The notes below the pieces were generated by a model. That model searched no databases and was not told the origin of the DNA. It saw nothing but the letters and a program-made list of their open reading frames with translations. This document shows, piece after piece, positions 1-8,706 of a stretch of DNA of 64,000 bases. Source of the DNA: a virus; the IMG/VR virus record IMGVR_UViG_3300009550_000009; one strand, 5' to 3'. Numbering within the stretch: the first letter of the stretch is position 1; the number at the start of each line of letters is the position of its first letter. A program made the translations under genes and the position numbers.

Positions 1-439
1 CCTCAACTTAGGAGTTGCCAACCAACCAAACTACTTAAGAGATATACCAGTTCCCGGTGATAAAATTGATTTCGGTGATTTAAACATCCGATTTCTTGTT
101 GATGAAGACTTAAAAAATTTCATGGAAATACAAAAATGGTTAAGAGGTTTAGGTTTTCCAGAAGAAGTTCAAGAGTTTCGTGATTGGGAAGCAAGTGGAC
201 TTCAACCAAAAAGAAACTATGGTAAAGCACCTCAAGATATTTTTTCTGATGGAACTTTACAGATTTTAAGTAGTAACTTTATTCCTAAATTTAATGTTAC
301 ATTTAAAGATTTATGGCCCTATAGTTTGACTACTTTATCATTCGATGCTACAGATACAGATATTGAATACTTTACAGCTGATGCAAGTTTCAAATATACC
401 ATGTATAATATAACTGACTTATCCAATAATCCTTTATGA
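1..439 (+). CDS. gp3: T4 gp3-like tail tube terminator/tail completion protein (5'-truncated by window)
   Basis: Frame open from base 2 (LNLGVANQPNYLRDIPVPGDKIDFGDLNIRFLVDEDLKNF...). PGDK..F..L...F.VDE and ..P.SL..L.F motifs; usual position upstream of uvsY. Confidence 0.8.
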   Translation, partial: LNLGVANQPNYLRDIPVPGDKIDFGDLNIRFLVDEDLKNFMEIQKWLRGLGFPEEVQEFRDWEASGLQPKRNYGKAPQDIFSDGTLQILSSNFIPKFNVTFKDLWPYSLTTLSFDATDTDIEYFTADASFKYTMYNITDLSNNPL

Positions 440-870
440 TTGATCTTGAAAAACTTCAAGAGATGTGGGAAAAAGATGCAAAAATAGATCGTGATAATCT
501 ACATGATGAGTCACTTAATATCCCCTCTCTACATGCAAAGTATTTTGAATTATATAATACAATCTTTCTATTAAGAAAAAAAGCAGAACAACAAAGAAAA
601 AATATTCGTCATGAACGGTATGAGTATTTTAGTGGAAAAGCAGATCCAGATGTTTATATTGAGAATCCATTTCCAAAAAAGATAAGAGATAAAGATACCA
701 TGACTAAGTATCTTGATGCAGATGATAAATTATCAAATGCCACTTTGAAAATAGATTACTATGATACGATGTTAGTATATCTCGAAAGTATTCTTAAAGT
801 AATACAAAATAGGACATTTCAAATTAAAAATGCTATTGAGTTTATGAGATTTAATTCTGGACTGGGTTGA
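436..870 (+). CDS. uvsY: Recombination mediator UvsY
   Basis: W.KD..ID...L..ES..IP.LHAKY and R.FQIKNAIE motifs; gp3-uvsY-uvsW synteny. Confidence 0.92.
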   Translation: MIDLEKLQEMWEKDAKIDRDNLHDESLNIPSLHAKYFELYNTIFLLRKKAEQQRKNIRHERYEYFSGKADPDVYIENPFPKKIRDKDTMTKYLDADDKLSNATLKIDYYDTMLVYLESILKVIQNRTFQIKNAIEFMRFNSGLG

Positions 871-897
871 TAAATACATATAGATTTATGGATCTAT

Positions 898-2370
898 GTG
901 ACAGCAAACGTTGTTATATCTAAAGCAAATGAAGTATTCTTGACAGTAAATGCTGAACCACACATTCAGTATGAACTTCGAGATCATTTCACATTTCAGG
1001 TTGAGGGTGCAAAGTTTATGCCCCAATATCGTAATCGTAACTGGAATGGTGAAATACATTTATTTGATCTACGGTCAAAAAGAATTTACATTGGACTGTT
1101 AGATCGTATCATAGCATTTTGTAAGAAGCACGATTATAGTTATAGATTTGAAGATAATGAATATTACGGATCTCCTTTTGAGTTGAATGAAAGGATTTCA
1201 TATGAAGGTGTAAAAGATTATATACGTTCTATTTCAAGAATTTCCCCTCGTAATTATCAGATAGATGGAGTATATGATGCCTTACGGCACAATAGAAAAT
1301 TATTGATATCACCGACTGCTTCAGGTAAATCTTTGATGATTTACGCTCTTGTAAGATATTATGTAGATAAATCTCAAAAAATCCTGCTAGTTGTTCCAAC
1401 GACATCCCTTGTAGAACAGATGTATAAGGACTTTCAAGATTATGGTTGGGATTCTGATTCATATTGCCATCGAATATATTCTGGAAAAGAAAAGACCAAT
1501 GAATATCCAGTTACGATTACAACATGGCAATCTGTATATAAACTTGAAAGATCTTTCTTTGAAGATTATAGTGTAATCATTGGAGATGAAGCTCACCTGT
1601 TTAAGAGTAAGTCATTAATATCTATAATGACAAAACTACATCATGCAAAATATCGTTTTGGATTTACTGGAACTTTGGATGGAACACAAACACATAAGTG
1701 GGTATTGGAGGGATTATTTGGCCCATCATATAAAGTAACTAAAACAGATGAATTGATGAAGCAGGGTCATCTATCTCAATTGGATATACAATGTTTGGTT
1801 CTCAAACACTCTCCACAAAAATTTGAAACATATGAAGATGAACTGCAATATTTAATCACACATTCACAAAGAAATCGTTTCATAACTAACTTAGCACTTG
1901 ATCTAAAAGGTAATACTCTTATCTTATACAGTCGAGTAGAAACTCATGGTGCAGTTTTATATGAACTAATAAATACTAACAAGAGTGGTAATCGAAAAGT
2001 TTTCTTTGTTCATGGTGGTGTGGATGCTGAAGAAAGAGAACAGATTCGTGAAATCACTGAGAGAGAAGTGAATGCTATTATTGTTGCATCCTATGGAACA
2101 TTTTCAACAGGTATCAATATTAAAAACTTGCATAATATTGTTTTTGCCTCTCCGTCAAAGTCTCGAATTAGAAACCTCCAAAGCATTGGCAGAATACTCA
2201 GAAAAGGAACTAACAAAACCAAAGCTATTCTATACGATATCTCTGATGACTGCTCTAATAAATCTAGAAAAAACTACACATTAAATCACCTAATAGAAAG
2301 GATAAAAATTTATAACGAAGAAAACTTTAACTATGAAATAATTACAATTCAATTAAAAGGAGACAAATGA
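898..2370 (+). CDS. uvsW: SF2 DNA helicase UvsW
   Basis: SPTASGKS Walker A, DEAH, TGT, QSIGRILR motifs. Confidence 0.96.
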   Translation: MTANVVISKANEVFLTVNAEPHIQYELRDHFTFQVEGAKFMPQYRNRNWNGEIHLFDLRSKRIYIGLLDRIIAFCKKHDYSYRFEDNEYYGSPFELNERISYEGVKDYIRSISRISPRNYQIDGVYDALRHNRKLLISPTASGKSLMIYALVRYYVDKSQKILLVVPTTSLVEQMYKDFQDYGWDSDSYCHRIYSGKEKTNEYPVTITTWQSVYKLERSFFEDYSVIIGDEAHLFKSKSLISIMTKLHHAKYRFGFTGTLDGTQTHKWVLEGLFGPSYKVTKTDELMKQGHLSQLDIQCLVLKHSPQKFETYEDELQYLITHSQRNRFITNLALDLKGNTLILYSRVETHGAVLYELINTNKSGNRKVFFVHGGVDAEEREQIREITEREVNAIIVASYGTFSTGINIKNLHNIVFASPSKSRIRNLQSIGRILRKGTNKTKAILYDISDDCSNKSRKNYTLNHLIERIKIYNEENFNYEIITIQLKGDK

Positions 2371-2762
2371 TAGAAGATGATTTTTATGCTACAATAAAAT
2401 TTAAGAATGGTGAAGAAATATTTGCCAAGGTAGCAGCCTCTGAAGAAGAGGATAGAACTTTACTTATTGTATCTAATCCTATCGTTATTAATGAAGTTAA
2501 AGCAAAGAATGGAATTTCTGGATATCGAATTGAACCATGGTTAAAAACAACTAAAGAAGATATATTCATGATTAATTTAACAGATATCCTAACCTTATCA
2601 GAATCATATGATGTTGAAGTAATTTCAATGTATCAAAAATGGGTAAAGGATACAACAAGAGTAAAAAACAAAGAACCAAAACTAAGTCGTGAAATGGGAT
2701 ATATTGCTAGTGTAAGTGATGCAAAAGATATATTAGAAAAACTATTTAAACTTAAAGGCTAA
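2367..2762 (+). CDS. Conserved cyanophage hypothetical protein (Sm-like fold suspected)
   Basis: IKFKNGEEIFAKV...PW pattern; typical gene between uvsW and gp55. Confidence 0.6.
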   Translation: MIEDDFYATIKFKNGEEIFAKVAASEEEDRTLLIVSNPIVINEVKAKNGISGYRIEPWLKTTKEDIFMINLTDILTLSESYDVEVISMYQKWVKDTTRVKNKEPKLSREMGYIASVSDAKDILEKLFKLKG

Positions 2763-2787
2763 TTACCCTTGAACCTCTACAAAGGTT

Positions 2788-2816
2788 ATTCTACACATAT
2801 TTTAATACCTTGTCAA
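2788..2816 (-). promoter_or_regulatory. Sigma70-type promoter on the minus strand, antisense to the uvsW operon
   Basis: Reverse complement reads TTGACA-N17-TAGAAT. Confidence 0.65.
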
Positions 2817-2821
2817 GTAGC

Positions 2822-2850
2822 TTGCTATTTTGATACAAAAATGTTATAAT
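2822..2850 (+). promoter_or_regulatory. Sigma70-type promoter of gp55
   Basis: TTGCTA-N17-TATAAT with an extended -10 TG. Confidence 0.75.
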
Positions 2851-2875
2851 TTCTACATAATAATGATTAATAGTT

Positions 2876-3370
2876 ATGGCAATAATTAAACCTATGCCGA
2901 AAAGAAAACGATCTGAACATTATGTGAATAACAAAGAGTTTCTTGCTGCTTTGATTCGATACCGTGAAGATGTAGAGATAGCAGAAATTAGAGGTAATCC
3001 AAAACCAGTTATTCCAAGATATATTGGTGATTGTTTTTTAAAGATTGCTAATCATCTATCATTTAAACCAAACTTTGTAAATTATATGTTCAAGGAGGAC
3101 ATGATCTCTGATGGAATCGAAAATTGCGTTCAATACATACATAATTTTAATCCTGAGAAATCCAAAAATCCTTTTGCTTACTTTACGCAGATTATTCATT
3201 TTGCGTTTCTCAGGAGAATACAAAGAGAAAAAAGACAATTAGATATTAAAAATAAAATACTAGAAAGATCCGGTTATGATGAAGTCTTTCATGGTGATAA
3301 GGTTGACGGAATGGCTACTTCCGACTATAATCAAATTAAGGATGCAGTGCACTCTAAACTACGTTATTAA
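2876..3370 (+). CDS. gp55: Late transcription sigma factor gp55
   Basis: HYVNNKEF, NF.NY.F.EDMISDGIENC, NPFAYFTQI..AFLRRI motifs. Confidence 0.96.
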   Translation: MAIIKPMPKRKRSEHYVNNKEFLAALIRYREDVEIAEIRGNPKPVIPRYIGDCFLKIANHLSFKPNFVNYMFKEDMISDGIENCVQYIHNFNPEKSKNPFAYFTQIIHFAFLRRIQREKRQLDIKNKILERSGYDEVFHGDKVDGMATSDYNQIKDAVHSKLRY

Positions 3371-4410
3371 TGAAAATTGCGATTATAACAGATCAACACT
3401 TCGGGTGTCGTAAGAACTCGCAAATTTTTCATGATTATTTTTTGAAATTTTATAATGATATATTTTTTCCTAAACTAGAAGAAGAAGGTATCACTACCAT
3501 AATTGATATGGGAGATACTTTCGATAGTCGAAAGGGGATTGATTTTTCTGCTTTAACTTGGGCAAAGAAAAATTACTTTGATAGACTTAAGCAGATGGGT
3601 ATAACAGTTCATACTATTGTTGGAAATCATACTGCATATTATAAAAATACAAATGAAGTAAATGCTATTGATTTATTATTGAAAGAATATGACAATGTAA
3701 GAGTATATTCTGAAACAACTAATATATGCATAGATGGATTAAATATTCTCCTTGTTCCTTGGATCAATTCAGAAAATAAAGAAAAAAGTTTAGCATTAAT
3801 TAAAGACTCACAATCTCCTGTTTGTATGGGACATCTGGAGTTAAAGGGTTATAAAGTAAATGAATATGTTGTAATGGATCATGGGTTAGATGATAAACCT
3901 TTTGAAAAATTTGAAAGAGTTTTCTCTGGACATTTTCATACAAGATCAAATAATGGTAAAGTTTATTACTTTGGTAATCCTTATGAAATGTATTGGAATG
4001 ATTATGATGATACAAGAGGATTTCATTTCTTTGATACAAACACCTTAGAGCATACTGCAGTTAATAATCCATATCGTTTCTTCTATAAAATTTATTATGA
4101 GGATACACCTCATCAAACTTTTGATACAAGAGAATACGAAAATAAAATTGTAAAATTAATTGTTCGTAAAAAATCTGATCCTAAAAAGTTTGAAAAGTTT
4201 ATTGATAAATTATATGCTTCAAATATTCATGAACTTAAAGTTATTGAAAATTTTCAATTGCATGAGAATGAAGAGTTTGAGGCTTTTGAATCAGAAGACA
4301 CTCTCTCTATTTTAAATAGGTATGTTGAAGAATCTGATGTTGATCTCAAAAAATCTACAATACAAGATTTGATTAAAGAAGTTTATCAAGAGGCATGTGA
4401 ATTAGTTTAA
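3370..4410 (+). CDS. gp47: Recombination nuclease subunit gp47 (Mre11/SbcD-like)
   Basis: Metallophosphoesterase motifs DQHFG, GDTFD, GNH, SGHFH. Confidence 0.95.
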   Translation: MKIAIITDQHFGCRKNSQIFHDYFLKFYNDIFFPKLEEEGITTIIDMGDTFDSRKGIDFSALTWAKKNYFDRLKQMGITVHTIVGNHTAYYKNTNEVNAIDLLLKEYDNVRVYSETTNICIDGLNILLVPWINSENKEKSLALIKDSQSPVCMGHLELKGYKVNEYVVMDHGLDDKPFEKFERVFSGHFHTRSNNGKVYYFGNPYEMYWNDYDDTRGFHFFDTNTLEHTAVNNPYRFFYKIYYEDTPHQTFDTREYENKIVKLIVRKKSDPKKFEKFIDKLYASNIHELKVIENFQLHENEEFEAFESEDTLSILNRYVEESDVDLKKSTIQDLIKEVYQEACELV

Positions 4411-4682
4411 TGTTTGTTCTAACAATCGTAGGAAGAGAAGATGAAGGAGCATACTCTGTTCAAAATGAAGAAGGTGATAGTATCTTGTATCTTTTTGAAG
4501 AACAAGACGATGCTGTTAGATATGCTATGATGTTAGAGGATATGGATTATCCTGAAATGCATGTGATGGAAGTCGATCCAGCTGCTATGTTAAACTTATG
4601 TCAAAATTATGATTATGAATACACGGTTATTACTCCAAATGATATTGTTATCCCACCTGATATAGAGCATGATTTTATTTGA
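4410..4682 (+). CDS. Hypothetical protein (DUF3110-like)
   Basis: EGAYS...LYLFEE.DDA.RYA..LE motif; sits between gp47 and gp46. Confidence 0.6.
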   Translation: MFVLTIVGREDEGAYSVQNEEGDSILYLFEEQDDAVRYAMMLEDMDYPEMHVMEVDPAAMLNLCQNYDYEYTVITPNDIVIPPDIEHDFI

Positions 4683-6381
4683 AAAAGTTCGTTGGAAAAA
4701 TTTCCTTTCAACGGGTGATCAATATTCTGAGATAGATTTTCAAGGTTCATCTACAACTTTGATAGTGGGATCTAATGGAAGTGGAAAGAGCACAGTTTTA
4801 GATGCTTTAACTTTTGGTTTGTTTTCAAAACCATTTCGTAAGATAAACAAAAGTCAATTAATTAATACTGTTAATGAGAAAGATTTACGAGTTGAAGTTG
4901 AATTTGTAATAGGAACAATAACATGGAAAGTAATACGTGGTATCAAACCAAATATATTTGAGATATGGAGAAATGATAAACTACTTGATCAGTTTGCATC
5001 TGTAAATGATCAGCAAAAATGGTTAGAACAAAATGTAGTAAAGATGAATTATAAATCGTTTACACAGATTGTAATTTTAGGATCAAGTAACTTTGTCCCA
5101 TTCATGCAATTAAGTGCAACGAATCGTAGAGAAGTAATTGAAGATTTACTTGACATAAAAATATTCACATCGATGAATAATATTATCAAGGATAAGATTA
5201 GGCAGGTTAAAGAGAAAACAAAAACTTTAGATCTTAAAAAAGAATCTTTAATTGATAAAGTTTCTATGCAAGAAAGATTTATGAATGAAATAGAGACTCG
5301 TGGTAAAGAGGATATTGAAAAGAAGAAAAAAAAGATGGATAGTTTAGGTGATGATATTTGTGTTTGTATTATGCAGAATGAGGATGCAGAGGATAGTATC
5401 TATGGATTGCAGCAAAAACAAGAAAAATTAACAGCAGCATCAGACACTTTAGCTAAACTTAATAATTTAAAAGGTCAGATATCTAATAAAGTATCAATGA
5501 TATCTAAAGAGGATAAATTTTTTAAAGACAATACGGTTTGTCCTACATGCACTCAGGAAATCGATGAAGATTTCAGAATAAATAAAATCAATGACGCTCA
5601 AAATAAAGCAAAGAAGTTGCAATCAGGTTATAAAGAACTTGAAGATACAATTAAAAAAGAACAAGAAAGAGAGCGTCAATTTACAAAAATATCAAAGGAG
5701 ATTACTAAACTCACGCATGGCATTTCTCAAAACAACTCTCTCATCTCTAACTGTCAAAAACAACAACGAGATCTTAAAGATGAAGTTCAAACACTTACCA
5801 ATCAAATTGAAAACAGAAATACTGAGCATGAAAAGTTAGAAACATTTAAACAAAATCTCCAAGATACATATGAAGAATTAGGGTCTCAGAAAGAGAAAAT
5901 AAAATATTTTAATTATACCTATGAGTTATTGAAAGATGGTGGAGTTAAAGCAAAAATTATAAAGAAGTATTTACCATTAATAAATCAACAGATAAATCGT
6001 TATCTACAGATGATGGACTTCTATATTAATTTTACTCTTGATGAAGAGTTTAATGAAACCGTTCAATCACCAATTCATGAAGATTTTTCATATGCTTCGT
6101 TTAGTGAGGGAGAAAAACAAAGAATAGATTTAGCTTTGTTATTTACTTGGAGAGAAGTTGCTAAGTTTAAAAATTCAATATCTACTAATTTAATGGTATT
6201 GGATGAAGTGTTTGATAGTTCACTTGATGGTCAAGGAACAGAGGAATTTTTAAAGATAATTAAATATGTTATTGAAGATGCTAACATATTTGTTATTTCT
6301 CACAAAACAGGTCTAGATGATAGATTTGAAAATGTGGTAAGATTTGAAAAAATTAAAGGATTCAGTAGGATGGTATCATGA
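4669..6381 (+). CDS. gp46: Recombination ATPase gp46 (Rad50/SbcC-like)
   Basis: GSNGSGKS Walker A, CPTC zinc hook, FSEGEK signature, LDEVFD Walker B. Confidence 0.96.
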   Translation: MILFEKVRWKNFLSTGDQYSEIDFQGSSTTLIVGSNGSGKSTVLDALTFGLFSKPFRKINKSQLINTVNEKDLRVEVEFVIGTITWKVIRGIKPNIFEIWRNDKLLDQFASVNDQQKWLEQNVVKMNYKSFTQIVILGSSNFVPFMQLSATNRREVIEDLLDIKIFTSMNNIIKDKIRQVKEKTKTLDLKKESLIDKVSMQERFMNEIETRGKEDIEKKKKKMDSLGDDICVCIMQNEDAEDSIYGLQQKQEKLTAASDTLAKLNNLKGQISNKVSMISKEDKFFKDNTVCPTCTQEIDEDFRINKINDAQNKAKKLQSGYKELEDTIKKEQERERQFTKISKEITKLTHGISQNNSLISNCQKQQRDLKDEVQTLTNQIENRNTEHEKLETFKQNLQDTYEELGSQKEKIKYFNYTYELLKDGGVKAKIIKKYLPLINQQINRYLQMMDFYINFTLDEEFNETVQSPIHEDFSYASFSEGEKQRIDLALLFTWREVAKFKNSISTNLMVLDEVFDSSLDGQGTEEFLKIIKYVIEDANIFVISHKTGLDDRFENVVRFEKIKGFSRMVS

Positions 6382-7166
6382 TTGGAATTGTTGGTAATGG
6401 TTTTGTTGGCAACGCTGTCTATCAAAATTTTAGAGACAAAACACAATGCAAGGTCTATGACACAGACAAAAATAGATCTTTAAATACTTTGGGAGAGGTA
6501 ATAAATGAGAATTTTATTTTCGTTTGTTTACCAACCCCAATGAGATATGGGGGTGAGTGTGATTTATCAATCTTAAATAAATTTTTTGAGGATTTGCCAG
6601 ATCATATTACTGGAACATTTGTTATCAAATCAACTGTTCCAATAGGAACAACTAAAAAGTTTTTTGAGAGACATAATGTAATTCATAATCCAGAATTTTT
6701 AACTGCTAGAAATGCAATAAAAGACTTTGCAAATTCTGAGAGAAATATTGTTGGTGGTGATATGGAATTATGTGTTGATTTTGTTCGTATGTTTGAAGGA
6801 TATTTTCCCCACATTCCAAGTATCATTACAACTTCTGATGAGAGTGAAGCAATTAAGTATTTTTCAAATACATTTCTTGCATACAAAGTAGCATACTTCA
6901 ATAAAATATATGATTTATGCCAAAAGGTTGGTATGGATTATGATGTAGTGGTTGAAGGTGTGACTGCAGATAGTCGCATTGGTAAATCACATACTAAAGT
7001 TCCCGGAATTGATAATGATCGTGGATTTGGTGGAACTTGTTTTCCTAAAGATTTGAACTCATTGATTGTTCAGATGGAATCTCATGATGTAAATGCTGAC
7101 ATGTTCAAAGAAATATGGAAGTATAATCAAGAGATTAGAAATGTAATTGACTGGCCAGTAACATGA
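6378..7166 (+). CDS. Short UDP-glucose/GDP-mannose dehydrogenase-family protein
   Basis: GNGFVG Rossmann motif, KSTVP, NPEFL, KY..N.FLA, GGTCFPKD catalytic Cys; lacks the usual C-terminal domain. Confidence 0.85.
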   Translation: MIGIVGNGFVGNAVYQNFRDKTQCKVYDTDKNRSLNTLGEVINENFIFVCLPTPMRYGGECDLSILNKFFEDLPDHITGTFVIKSTVPIGTTKKFFERHNVIHNPEFLTARNAIKDFANSERNIVGGDMELCVDFVRMFEGYFPHIPSIITTSDESEAIKYFSNTFLAYKVAYFNKIYDLCQKVGMDYDVVVEGVTADSRIGKSHTKVPGIDNDRGFGGTCFPKDLNSLIVQMESHDVNADMFKEIWKYNQEIRNVIDWPVT

Positions 7167-7888
7167 AAGTATTAGTAACAGGACACCGTGGATTTATCGG
7201 TAGATATGTATTTGCTGATTGGAGAAAGGAATTGGGTTATGAGGTGCATGGTATCGATTTTCCTGATGATATGAAAAATTTTAAAGGTGGTGATTATGGA
7301 TTAGTCATACATCTTGCTGCGTATGCTGATCTACGAGAAAGTGTAGAACAACCAGAAAAGTATTATGAAAATAATGTTGTAAAATCAAAACCACTTTTCA
7401 ATTGGTGTCGAGAAACAAATACAAGATTATTATACGCATCAACTGGTGCTGCAAATGAAAACTACTGGGATAATCCTTATGCTTTGAGTAAGTGGGTAAA
7501 TGAGCAAATGGCTCCACCTAATTCTGTTGGTATGAGATTTTCTACAGTGTATGGGCCTGATGTCAGACCAAACATGATGTATGGTTTGCTACGAGATAAA
7601 AAGGCAACCTATGTGACTAATCACAAAAGAGATTGGATTCATGTTAAGGATGTGTGTAGTGCAATAAGATATCTTGCTCCTAGTTCAATAACAGGCCCAG
7701 TTCAAATAGGATATGGAGAATCTGTTCCAGTTAAAAAACTTGCAGAAAAATTTGGACAAGGTGATTTACCTGTTAAAGATTACACTCCCGGTGAAGTGGA
7801 TGATAATGTTGCTGATATATCTGTGATGGCAAGTATTGGATGGATGCCAACAATTAGTGTATTGGAGTCAGTAGATGCCGACCTATAA
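7163..7888 (+). CDS. NAD-dependent nucleotide-sugar epimerase/dehydratase
   Basis: TGHRGFIG, HLAA, YALSK (YxxxK), RF.TVYGP, RDWIHV.D. Confidence 0.88.
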   Translation: MKVLVTGHRGFIGRYVFADWRKELGYEVHGIDFPDDMKNFKGGDYGLVIHLAAYADLRESVEQPEKYYENNVVKSKPLFNWCRETNTRLLYASTGAANENYWDNPYALSKWVNEQMAPPNSVGMRFSTVYGPDVRPNMMYGLLRDKKATYVTNHKRDWIHVKDVCSAIRYLAPSSITGPVQIGYGESVPVKKLAEKFGQGDLPVKDYTPGEVDDNVADISVMASIGWMPTISVLESVDADL

Positions 7889-8522
7889 ACAATTAAGACC
7901 TGAATTTCCTAGTCCTGCAAAAAGATTATTTCATATCCACATACCTAGAACTGCAGGTAGATTTTTGATGAATAATATTTTATCAAATGGATTTGATCTT
8001 GAAGGAACAATTTTACCAACAGAAAATGGAATGGAACCACAACATTTTCATGCAGAATTATATGAGAGATATTATGATATTGCAAATATTCCACATATTG
8101 CAATTGTTCGTAATCCTATAGATCGATTTATATCATGTTCAATATTTTTAAAAAAAATGTATGGTGACATACAAGATGCAATGGAAGATCCAATGATGTT
8201 TTCGTCTTTAATTGAAAACTATCCATTTGAAGGTATTAATTGGTTTAGACCACAGATGGATTTTATTACTGATGAAACTAATCTTTGGAAATTTGAAGAT
8301 GGATTTGGTAGTGACTTTGATGAGTGGATGACAGATTTGATTGGTGCACCATATGTTACTAAAGATGTGCCATACCAAAAACTGGTAATAAATGAGGATG
8401 ACAAATTAATAAAGACTGATAGAATTATAGATAATATCAAGTCGTTATATAGGAAGGACATTGAGCAACTCTATCCCGAATTGGCAACACCACTCCAAAA
8501 AACAACAGAAACGCAGACTTAA
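7875..8522 (+). CDS. Sulfotransferase family 2-like protein
   Basis: PAPS-binding motifs HIPRTAG (5'-PSB) and RNPIDRFIS (3'-PB), F.PQ, LY.KD. Confidence 0.75.
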   Translation: MPTYKQLRPEFPSPAKRLFHIHIPRTAGRFLMNNILSNGFDLEGTILPTENGMEPQHFHAELYERYYDIANIPHIAIVRNPIDRFISCSIFLKKMYGDIQDAMEDPMMFSSLIENYPFEGINWFRPQMDFITDETNLWKFEDGFGSDFDEWMTDLIGAPYVTKDVPYQKLVINEDDKLIKTDRIIDNIKSLYRKDIEQLYPELATPLQKTTETQT

Positions 8523-8706
8523 ACCACAAGCTCTGCGACAAGCAAGAGCACGAAGAAACCACTTAATAAAGTGTCTACTTAAGACCTCTGGCAAGCGTCA
8601 GGGGTTTTATAATGGCCATATACACACACAGGAAACAGATGGCAGTTCAATACGAAATCAAATCACAACTTGCAAAACTACTTGCAACAGAAGATCTTAT
8701 TGTTGA
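8461..8706 (+). CDS. Small basic cyanophage hypothetical protein
   Basis: TTG start after AGGAAGGA; PNWQHHSKK..KR.LKPQALRQA resembles a small ORF I recall at this locus in cyanomyoviruses; overlaps both neighbours. Confidence 0.45.
   Translation: MSNSIPNWQHHSKKQQKRRLKPQALRQARARRNHLIKCLLKTSGKRQGFYNGHIHTQETDGSSIRNQITTCKTTCNRRSYC
8558..8613 (+). promoter_or_regulatory. Promoter with upstream imperfect inverted repeat (early-type motif)
   Basis: ACCACTTAATAAAGTGTC at 8558-8575 and TATAAT at 8608-8613; a hairpin with a T-run lies between them. Confidence 0.55.
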
